A stretch of 64,000 bases of DNA from Diplonema japonicum (taxonomy: Eukaryota; Protista; Euglenozoa: Diplonemea). This document shows, piece by piece, positions 44,914 to 54,323 of the stretch. The translations under genes and the position numbers were made by a program. The stretch covers positions 248,001-312,000 of the forward strand of contig OZ025674.1 in assembly GCA_964019335.1 (NCBI GenBank). The letters are read 5' to 3'. A model generated the notes under the pieces. The model was not told the DNA's origin, did not search any database, and saw only the letters and a program-made list of their open reading frames with translations. Every line of letters starts with the position of its first letter. Position 1 is the first letter of the stretch.

Positions 44914-46627
44914 ATGGGCAGACATGATGAAGAGAACTCTGGGTTGGTAAACTCGCACGATGGTCTGGTGGATGAGGGGTCCACGGTCATGTGGCTGGCG
45001 CTGCTGGCAACGTCGTGTGCTACTTTCACATTCGGGTTCACCTTGGGGTTCACGTCGCCTGTCTTCACACCGGATGGGAACACCACGTGTTTCGACCCAC
45101 CGTGCAGCTCGCAGTTCGAGCACTACCTAGACAGAGAGATGAACCTCACCGCTGATCAGACCACTTGGTTCTCCTCCGTAGTGAACCTCGGTGCTGGAGG
45201 CTTCGCCATCTTCGGTGGCAATCCCGTCGACCGCTTCGGTAAGAAATGGGGCATGGTCGCAGCGCACCTCCTCTTCCTCACCGGGTGGGCCCTCCTCCTC
45301 TCTGCAAAGTCCGTTCCCGAAGACGACTCGAACACCAGCACCGTCGCACAGCTGTACATGTCGCGTGTCATACAAGGCTTTGGGATTGGTATGGTGTGCT
45401 GCTCCGTCGGTAACTATCAGGTGTGAAACAAAAAAAAAAAAGAAAAGAAAAAAAAAAAAACAAAAAAAAAAAAATCTAGACTGAGATCTGTACCTTGAAA
45501 CTCCGGGGTGTCTTTGGGAGCTGCTTCCAGATCGCAATCGTGCTCGGCATCTTCACTGTCTACGGTTTGGGGCTTAAGATCCAGTATGCCAGTGGGGTGT
45601 TCGAAGAATGAATTTTCCTTTCTCTCCAGTTGGCGCACTCTATGCATGGTTGTAATGTCCGTGGAAGGGGTGGGTCTGTTCCTGACGTTCTTCCTCCCGG
45701 AGTCCCCCGTGTGGCTCCTTGGCAAGGGCAGGAGGGAAGACGCCGAGCTGGCTTTGATGTCCTTCAGGACCAAAGACAGCAGCATCGAGGTATCCCCACC
45801 ACCACCACCACCACCCCACCCCCTTTAGAAAATCATGGCCAACATGGCAGCAGTTGTTGACAAGAACAGCGATAAGAAGGAAGGCGGGTTCAAGGACCTA
45901 CTTGTAGCACCGAGATGTATGAAAACCCCTTAAACAACAACAACACAAGAATAACAACAGTGAAGGCACTGTGCATCGGTGTGGGGCTGATGTTTGTTCA
46001 GCAGCTTTCGGGCATCAACGCTGTGATGTTCTACGCAAACAAGATCCTTGGGAACGTGTGGTCGGACCCTGACACTGTGAACAACTATGCACTGGGAGCA
46101 CAGGGAATGCAGTTGGCAGTGACCGTCGCGGTCTCCCCCTTCATGGACAAGGCGGGGAGGCGGCCCTTGCTGATCGCAGCGTGCGTTGGAATGGTCATCT
46201 CGTGCGGTGTTATGAACGCGTTCTTCTTCTACTCGGACACTACGAAACCCGCCTTTGCGGTTATAGGCTTCTACGCGTACATTGCTTCCTTTGCTATGGG
46301 GATGGGTGCCATTCCTTGGTTCATCATGGGTGAGATCTTCCACCCTGAAGTGAAGGGTATCTCTAGTTCTGTAGCGACTGCTTTCAACTGGTCATTGTCG
46401 TTTGCAGTCACGAAGACCATTCAAAACCTCGTCGACGCCTTTTCTGATGATGAGAATGTGGGCATGGGATGGGTCTTTACTCTCTATGGGTCTGTTTGTT
46501 TCGTTGGTATTGCCTTTGTCTTCTTCTGCATTCCGGAGACAAAGGGCAAGCCTTATGAACAGGTCGAGGCAGAACTCCTGGGGAACACGGGTTACGTTGC
46601 TGTCGAAGCTGACGACGATGAGTACTA

Positions 46628-46628
<1 letters not shown>
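44914..46628 (+). CDS. MFS sugar porter (GLUT8/Tret1-like); exons 44914-45420, 45480-45583, 45630-45789, 45829-45916, 45961-46628
   Basis: GFTLGFTSP, DRFGKK, EI..LRG, PESPxWL, QQLSGINAVMFY, DKAGRR, GAIPW and PETKG motifs. Four introns restore the frame. Confidence 0.93.
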
Positions 46629-46678
<50 letters not shown>

Positions 46679-47210
46679 TTAAGAAAAAGTTGAAACGCTG
46701 AATTACGAATTTTTTTTAAAGAAAATATATTCAATATATTATACAAAAGAAAGAAGAAGAAACAAACAAAAAAAAAAAGTTGAAATGCTGATTTATGAAA
46801 TACTCGAGGGAAGGAGCAATTCCGGAGAGAAAAAAAAGAAGAAAAAAAAAGGGGGCGTGAAAAAAACTAAAAAAATAAAAAAAAGGTTGCATGCCGCCAT
46901 TTGTTGTTTCTTCCCTAAAACACTTCGTTTTTTTTTTTTTTTTTTTTTTTTTTTTGCATCACTCCCCCTCCCCTCTGTCTCGGTTCCCTTGCTATTCATT
47001 TATCTGCGGTGCGTGCATTTCAGAAAGAAAAAAAGGTTAGGGAGAAAAAAAAAAAGGAACCCCTTCCGTCATTGCCAAGTAAGTAGGTTAGTGGGAGGGA
47101 GAAATATCTGTAAAAAGATTGAGCGTTATGTGTCACAAACCGGCTTGAATGAACTTTGTCTAATGTTCCCCCTTTTTTTTTTTTTTTTTTTTTTTTTCTT
47201 TTTTTTTTTT

Positions 47211-47969
47211 TTTTATTTCACTCTTCGTCATTTTCTTCACTCACTAGGGGCCTCATTATTTAGGGGCCTCATTATTTAGGGGCCTCATTATTCAACGCGA
47301 AATGGCCATTATTTAACGCGAAACGGCCATTATTTAACGCGAAATCGCCATTATTTAACTAGTTAAATAATTTTTTTATTTCACTCTTCAGAAATTACTT
47401 CACGCACTGGGGGGCCCATTACTTCACGCTAAATCTCATTACTTCACGGTGAAATAATGGCCTGTTTTCCGTGAAGTAATAGGGGGTTTCCGTTAAATAA
47501 TATGCCTCGGTAGGCCAATTTTTGCCTCGGTTCGGTTCCCAGTGGGGCTACTTTTTCCTCTCAGTTTGCTATTTCCCCCCAGGTTCAGCTCAATTGGCCA
47601 ACTTTTGCCTCGGCTCAGTTCCAAGTTGGACTACTTTTTCCTCCCAATTTGCCCACTTTTGGCTAGGCCTTGTTCCCAGTTTCTGTGGGTAACTCTTCTA
47701 TGGGTAAGGGTAACTTAGTCAGCTTACCCAAGCACCCCAAAAGACTTCAAAATACCGAAGCAGCAGAAAAAAAGGAGCCAGCGTAGGTATGGGAAGGCCT
47801 GATTAGAGATGGTGACAGTGGCAATGCCAGCGACAGCGGCAGCTCTTAGTCAACAAAAGGAGGAAAAACAACTTGTATTGTAACCTTTGTAACCCCTCTC
47901 TTGTTGTACCCCTTGTCACCCTGTTGTGCCCCTCGTGGTGAAGTAATTTCAGAGTGTCGTGAAATAAAA
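47211..47969. repeat. Composite minisatellite/inverted-repeat element
   Basis: 3x16-bp TAGGGGCCTCATTATT (47245-47292), 3x21-bp AACGCGAAAxxGCCATTATT (47293-47355) and a perfect 22-bp palindrome (47350-47371). TTATTTCAC..GAAATTACTTCAC (47377-47403) is inverted at 47938-47969. Confidence 0.75.
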
Positions 47970-47973
47970 CCAC

Positions 47974-48102
47974 TTACCTACCGCCAAGTAATGCTTTACC
48001 GACCTCGAGGTAACGGTAAATACCATCTCGGGCCCTGCGGGCCCTCGACGGTAAAATGCGGAACCTCGAGGTAACGGTAAAGTCATTACTTGTTGGCAGT
48101 AA
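47974..48102. mobile_element. Tiny MITE-like element (~129 bp)
   Basis: Termini TTACCTACCGCCAAGTAATGCTTTACCG and reverse-complement TTACTGCCAACAAGTAATGACTTTACCG. Internal direct repeat ACCTCGAGGTAACGGTAAA occurs twice. Confidence 0.65.
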
Positions 48103-48230
48103 ATAGCTATTTTTTTTTTTTTTTTCCTTCAAAAAATTCGCATCACGTCCGCCAACCCCTACTTTCAGGCGGCTCCGCGTTGGGGGGCGGGGAGGGGGAG
48201 AACGGGAGAAAAAAAAAAGAAAAAAAAAAA

Positions 48231-48593
48231 ATGAGTTCAAACAACAATGACTCGTATGACAATGAAGCGAATCAACCCGCAGCACAATCCAGCGTTGCTG
48301 ACGAGGTACCCTTGATGCACAGCAGCATGAACCCTCCCCCCATGGGGCTCAACCCGTTCATGACTCTGGAACCGTTAAAAAAGAGCTTCGCGAGCTCCAC
48401 GGTAGTGGCTGTTCTGCTAGCCCATTGGGACCCTGTGAGGGGCCCGTCACTAACGATGATATTGAAAGAAGAAGCTTGCGCACTGGAAGAAGATGAAATT
48501 GAATTCGTAGGACGTTTCGCGCTTCTATCAGCAGTACCACAGGGTGAGGTGTCGGGGATAACCTACACGTCCCTACCTCAGCTTAACGTCGGT
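48231..48593 (+). CDS. Longin/uDENN-like protein, C9orf72-like N-terminus (truncated by assembly gap)
   Basis: VVAVLLAHWDPVRGP resembles the C9orf72/longin first-strand motif (AYWDNILGP). The ORF runs into Ns. Confidence 0.55.
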
Positions 48594-48793
48594 NNNNNNN
48601 NNNNNNNNNNNNNNNNNNNNNNNNNNNNNNNNNNNNNNNNNNNNNNNNNNNNNNNNNNNNNNNNNNNNNNNNNNNNNNNNNNNNNNNNNNNNNNNNNNNN
48701 NNNNNNNNNNNNNNNNNNNNNNNNNNNNNNNNNNNNNNNNNNNNNNNNNNNNNNNNNNNNNNNNNNNNNNNNNNNNNNNNNNNNNNNNNNNNN
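48594..48793. other. Assembly gap (200 N)
   Basis: Run of n characters. Confidence 1.
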
Positions 48794-49300
48794 CCCTCCC
48801 CTTCCACCCCCTTTTTTTTTTCCATCGAAACAGCTTGAGGAGGAAAAAGAAAAAGGGGGGGGGGGGTGTTATTTTTTTGAGGTCCCGTGTTTAATGGGGA
48901 GGGAAGTATAATAAATCAGTTGTGACCGAGAGTGCCTTTTTTTTTTTTTTTTTGTGAACACTTGTACAAATATTTTTTTAAGAAGAAAAAAAGAGAGAGA
49001 AAAAGAAGAGAAAGAAGCGAGCTTTTAAAAAAAGAAAATCGGTGTGTCATTTACCTAATTGTAACTATTTGTACAAACGTTTTGGGAAACGGGGAAAAAA
49101 AAAAAAATCAACAGACACAAAAAAAAGAAGGAGGGAAAAAAAAGAATTAAGCGAAAGGCCTTTTTTTATGACTAGCTGGTGGTGGCACGCAAACCTTTTT
49201 TCCCCCCCCCTCCTTCTCTTTTCTTCTTGAAGTCCCTTTTAAACCATATCTCTTCCAAACAGGGGCTTGTCTCTAATTTAAAAAAGAAAAAAAAAAAAGT

Positions 49301-50281
49301 ATGTCTGCAGTAGATAAAACTGCTTGCGCGAAATGTGAGAAGCGCCAGGGGGTGTTCTGGGTGCCAGAGGAGAATGCACCGTGGTGTGCAGTATGCAGTA
49401 AGAAGAAGAAAAATAGGGAAGAGCTGAAGATTGAAAAACCCGTAAACCGAACGGTAACAGAAAAGAAGCGAGCAGTGCACACAAGAGAAGCATATGAATC
49501 AGCAAAGGCTCGAGGCGGGTCCCGAGAGGGGTGGGTAGAAGTAGGGGGGATCATAGGCTTCGCGAAGCTGGGCAGCACCCCCAACCCGAAGGTGCTCAGC
49601 ATCTTCCCAAACTTCAAACACGGAAGTAGAACAGACGGCCTTGGCCTCCCATCCCTCTCCCCGAAGAGCATCGGGCCCATACCTACCAACCAGCCGGCTC
49701 CCTTCCACATGTGCTTGAACCTCGAGAACTTCCACCAAGGCTCAAAATACTTCGGCGACTGCGAAAATCTCCTAACATACATGCAAAGAACACACCAAAG
49801 CGAAACCCTTCCAACCCGCAGCTCGGTAGGGGAAACCCCGGAAGAGTACCTTGCCACCAAAAAAGATACGTTTCTGGACAGTGAACCACACAGGCACAAG
49901 GCTGGGATGCGCGGGAAGGTACCCACATGCTCTGTGTGGCAGGACAGCAACGGCGAGGTGCACTTCATCGATTACGTGCAGTCCAGACAGTTCTACTGTG
50001 TTTACTATGAGAGGTCGTTGACAGGTGTTTACAACGAACTCGGGGAGCGGCACAGACAGGCAGCTGCTGACTATCAGCACCTCTTGGACCTCCAACAGGA
50101 TTCTGTGGACATGAAAATCTGGGGATATGATGGGTACCCCATTGTGCCGACTGCAGCTGCAGTACGTGCGCAGTATCTTGACACCTCGCTGCCTTTCGGG
50201 CACGAAGCGGTTCTCTTCGCAATGTTGGCACTGCCCCCTGCTCAGTGGCCGTGGAAGGAATTCACCACGTTTACATTTTAG
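49301..50281 (+). CDS. Conserved hypothetical protein, paralog 1 (N-terminal C4 zinc ribbon; intronless)
   Basis: CAKC...CAVC followed by LSPKSIGP, NLENFHQGSK, YVQSRQFYCVYYE, GYD and PFGHE shared with paralog 2. Confidence 0.85.
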   Translation: MSAVDKTACAKCEKRQGVFWVPEENAPWCAVCSKKKKNREELKIEKPVNRTVTEKKRAVHTREAYESAKARGGSREGWVEVGGIIGFAKLGSTPNPKVLSIFPNFKHGSRTDGLGLPSLSPKSIGPIPTNQPAPFHMCLNLENFHQGSKYFGDCENLLTYMQRTHQSETLPTRSSVGETPEEYLATKKDTFLDSEPHRHKAGMRGKVPTCSVWQDSNGEVHFIDYVQSRQFYCVYYERSLTGVYNELGERHRQAAADYQHLLDLQQDSVDMKIWGYDGYPIVPTAAAVRAQYLDTSLPFGHEAVLFAMLALPPAQWPWKEFTTFTF

Positions 50282-50408
50282 TCTCTTTCAACTTCCTCCT
50301 GGATGGCTTGCAAGGCACCTAGCCCACTGCCTTTTTACGAGCCTTCCGTTTTCTTTTTTTCTTTATTTTCTTTTTCTTTTTACCAATTCCCTGCCCCCCT
50401 AGGTTGTA

Positions 50409-51281
50409 ATGCCCATGAAAGGGAAAGTGTTGGATAAAGCTGCGACGAAGTTAGCAGCTGCTGAAAAGAAAAGAGCTGCAGCCACACAGTTGGCTTTTGA
50501 TGCAGCGAAGGGAAGGGCTGGTTCGCGGCTGGGAAAGGTACAGTGCGGGGGTTTAAAAGGCAGGTTTGGAGCCCTCAAAGTTGCATCTGACCCTGAGGTG
50601 CTCAGCATCTTCCCAAACTTCAAACACGGAAGTAGAACAGACGGCCTTGGCCTCCCATCCCTCTCCCCGAAGAGCATCGGGCCCATACCTACCAACCAGC
50701 CGGCTCCTTTTGAAATGTGTCAGAACCTCGAGAATTTCCACCAAGGGTCGAAATACTTCGGGGATTGCAACAAGCTCTCCCAGCACATGTGCAAGGCACC
50801 GCGAGCGGTCCCGCCGTGTAAAAAAGACAGAGAAACGCCTGAGAAGTTTCTTGAAACGAAAAAAAACATGTTTCTGGACAGTGAACCACACAGGCACAAG
50901 GCTGGGATGCGCGGGAAGGTACCCACATGCTCTGTGTGGCAGGACAGCAACGGCGAGGTGCACTTCATCGATTACGTGCAGTCCAGACAGTTCTACTGTG
51001 TTTACTATGAGAGGTCGTTGACAGGTGTTTACAACGAACTCGGGGAGCGGCACAGACAGGCAGCTGCTGACTATCAGCACCTCTTGGACCTCCAACAGGA
51101 TTCTGTGGACATGAAAATCTGGGGATATGATGGGTACCCCATTGTGCCGACTGCAGCTGCAGTACGTGCGCAGTATCTTGACACCTCGCTGCCTTTCGGG
51201 CACGAAGCGGTTCTCTTCGCAATGTTGGCACTGCCCCCTGCTCAGTGGCCGTGGAAGGAATTCACCACGTTTATGTTTTGA
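50409..51281 (+). CDS. Conserved hypothetical protein, paralog 2 (intronless)
   Basis: Tandem paralog of 49301-50281 with a different N-terminus. Confidence 0.85.
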   Translation: MPMKGKVLDKAATKLAAAEKKRAAATQLAFDAAKGRAGSRLGKVQCGGLKGRFGALKVASDPEVLSIFPNFKHGSRTDGLGLPSLSPKSIGPIPTNQPAPFEMCQNLENFHQGSKYFGDCNKLSQHMCKAPRAVPPCKKDRETPEKFLETKKNMFLDSEPHRHKAGMRGKVPTCSVWQDSNGEVHFIDYVQSRQFYCVYYERSLTGVYNELGERHRQAAADYQHLLDLQQDSVDMKIWGYDGYPIVPTAAAVRAQYLDTSLPFGHEAVLFAMLALPPAQWPWKEFTTFMF

Positions 51282-51515
51282 TCCTTCTTTTTTTTCTTCT
51301 TCTCTTCGCCTGCGGCTCTCGCGCAGAGTCTGCATGTGACATCGCCTTATTCTTCCGTCTCCCGCTCTACATTTCCTCACGTTCCAACACGTTAATGCGT
51401 GTTGCAAATCGTATTCTTATGGTTGCTTTCTCTTCTTTTTATTATCCTCCATAGGCGTAAGTGCGAACATGTGCTGTTGAATAGTATACGCAAAACGCCT
51501 GCTGTTTTTTGTAAG

Positions 51516-53296
51516 ATGAAGTTGGGTCTTCAGCTTCTAGTTGCACTGCAGATATTACAGGTTGCAGTGGCGTCTAGTATGGTGACGCTGAATGGTGATC
51601 TGGCAGTATGTTTTTTTTTGTTTTTTTATGTTCCTGTGAAACATAATAACACAGAAAACCATTGAAAACGAGATTAATATCAGAAGGTGCCAACACCAAA
51701 GCGGGAAGCTGGTTTGGAGCGACACGCTGGCAAGCAAAGTGGCTATGCAGAGTAAGGTGGCACAAATGTATGACGGCCCCCTTTCAATCAAATTAATATC
51801 AAAAAAAAAAAAAAAGGTGTTCCAGCGGAGCAACGATGCCCACGCCACAATACGGGGAGAATTATGGGGCGTTTTCTGGGAATTTCCCGTCGTCAGCAAA
51901 AAATCGGTACAGTGCGCTGTCTGGCATGATAGACAAGTGGTTCGCTGAGAGTTCGAGCTATATTTTTTACGACAGGAGTTTGAATTCTGCGTCAACGCGA
52001 ATGTTCCAGCAGATGATCTGGAACGCAACCGATGAGGTGGGGTGCGCGGTATGCAACGGGATGAGCTCGTGGAGCATGGCCTGTTGGTTCACCGAACCTT
52101 ACTCCGCGATGACCTCCAAGCAGCAGGCGAACATCTTCGACGAAATCACCTGCAATATCATCTGGGTCCCTGCCACGAATGCCCCAAACACAACGGTCCC
52201 TGACACTCTGTCACCGCCAACTGCCGAACCCACGGCCGAGCCTACAAGTGAACCAACTGCGGGACCCACTACGACACCTTCAAACGAAACTGATACCCCT
52301 CTCACGGATGCCCCCAACACCACTGTCCCAGACACACTCGTTCCCAACACAACAAGTCCAGAAACCCTGTCGCCCGACACGGCAACACCGACAAAGATGG
52401 TTAAGAATGACACGCTCGTCCCTGACACATTGTCCCCTACCAACGCACCTGTGGCGTATAAAGGGTACTGGAAGAGTGTGGGGTTCTATTTCCGTGCAAC
52501 ATGGCCACGCGACGATGTAGACACGTGGGTGGCGAAGCTTGTGAAGACGTTGCAGCTTTCTTGGAGCGTCCAGCCGCGTGGCGTACACGCGGTGTACATC
52601 TGTCCTTTGGTGGATGGCAACAAGCCTGTTGGCGACGAGGCGGAACGGCGATGCATGGTGATGAAGAGCACGAGCAGAACGGCTGTGCTTCTGGGCGAAA
52701 CAATGCAAGAATGGAAGAGCTTGGAGAACAACCCGGACGTAGGTGTGTACTCTGAGATAGTCGTTGAGGACGAGGAGAACATCGTAGACTCCAAAGTGAA
52801 CGACATGACACAAGCACTGGGTGCGTCTATGAAGCAAGAAGCACCTTTGTACAATATGGACCATTTAAGACCAGGGTCGGAGTTTCTTAATATCCAAGCG
52901 ATGGGGTTTGACAATGGTGCGCCTGCAGTGGTGGTGCAAGGGGGTACCCCATCAGGGAGATGGTCCGCAAAGCAATCTCAGGACTGGGCTCCCCCTGAAG
53001 GGGACAAGTCCAGCGTGGTGTGGTGGCTGTGGTTGATCCTCGGTTTTTGTGTTTTCTTCACGTTCGCTGCAATGACCTCCTTCCTCGTCATCAAGAGACA
53101 GCGAGCCACAGGGACTCTTTCAGCCGTCACCGTCTCTGAGTTCTACCGAACAATGCCCGAAGGTTTCCTTCCCGGCCCTATCCCTGAGGAGCACTATTGT
53201 TACAACGATGATCTTACCTCGAGATCTTCTGTTGAGCTTGACAGCGCTCGCAGCTTTAATATGAACTTGGGGATACAACCGATAGGCAGAATATGA
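51516..53296 (+). CDS. CAP/SCP/PR-1 domain type I membrane protein; exons 51516-51605, 51655-51767, 51817-53296
   Basis: Signal peptide; spliced NxxRCQH..LVWSDTLA, GEN, WFAE and FQQMIWNATDEVGCA; PT-rich stalk; TM VWWLWLILGFCVFFTFAAM. Confidence 0.85.
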
Positions 53297-53344
53297 GAAA
53301 CTTTTGAAATTCACATGAGTTGTAGGTGTTTTCTTTTTTTTTTT

Positions 53345-53900
53345 CAACAGTGCCTCCCACGGCTCATCCCGCACGTCATCCGATGGCTCTCTGCCCTTCA
53401 CTGGGGCACGACAGGTGGACAGGTCTCCAGGCTTGAGCTGGCCATAGACTTCATTGCCACGGTGGGACTCTCACCTTGTGAAGAGGGTGAGGACATCCAA
53501 GTGAGCGCGCGTGTAATAGGCCGGGTGATAACGGCACTAGAACGCATCCACACCAGTAAGGGCATAGCGCCCCTCATCCCAGCTGCGTCAGTAGTTTCTG
53601 TCCACTCCCTGCGCACGTTGGGTTACTACAACAGCTCCGTAAGGGGCTACTCCTCTAGACCGGTATTCGCCTCCCCGGTGACCCGCCACATCCTTGAGAA
53701 ACAACTGTACAACTATTGTGTCCTTACCAACTCGGTTGAGGGTTTTATACCTAAGGTACCGAGGAGGGTGAACGAGGGGCCGAAGGCCACACCACAGCAG
53801 AAAGGTTCGATCAAGAGATAGATTGAGACTCTTCAGGCGTCCTGCCACATACCGCAGGTACCCTTAAATGTCTCTTTTTTTTTTTTTTTTTTTTTTTTTT
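53345..53900 (+). mobile_element. 5'-truncated retroposon, family T (copy B, divergent subfamily), poly(T)-tailed
   Basis: The open C-terminal ORF fragment is homologous to 5790-6405. Hairpin CCTGC-CACATACC-GCAGG lies at 53841-53858 and T26 at 53875-53900. A T-run also precedes the 5' junction. Confidence 0.75.
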
Positions 53901-54323
53901 CTTAAGTGAATCGGTTAGTTATACAAGGTTTTTTTCTTTTTTTTTCTCTTTTTTTGTGAATTGAGTTGGGGTTATATACGAACAGGAACGGTGGGGAGGA
54001 AAGCTTGGAAGAAAAAAGAAGCGAAACGAAAACAAACGAAGGGAAAGAATCTTTTTCTTCATTTCTTCCAAAAAGAACCGGTCGCGGGGGGCGGGGGGGT
54101 ATTTTTTTTTTTTCTTCTATTCTCCTTTCCTTCCCCTCCCTTTCTTTGTGTGAGCTTTCTTTTTTTTTATATTTTTTTTTTTATCTTCTACTTTCCCTCT
54201 GTTCCTTTGTCTGTTCTTGTGTCAAAAAAAAAATAAAAAGAAAAAAAAAAAAACGAACTTAGTTACTGCTATTATCCACAAAAAGATTTTTTTTTGTTAC
54301 CTCGAAAATGCAAAAACAGGGGA

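Noticed and set aside
47245-47355. CRISPR-like short repeats
   Set aside because: Units are directly tandem with no unique spacers; eukaryotic context and no cas genes.
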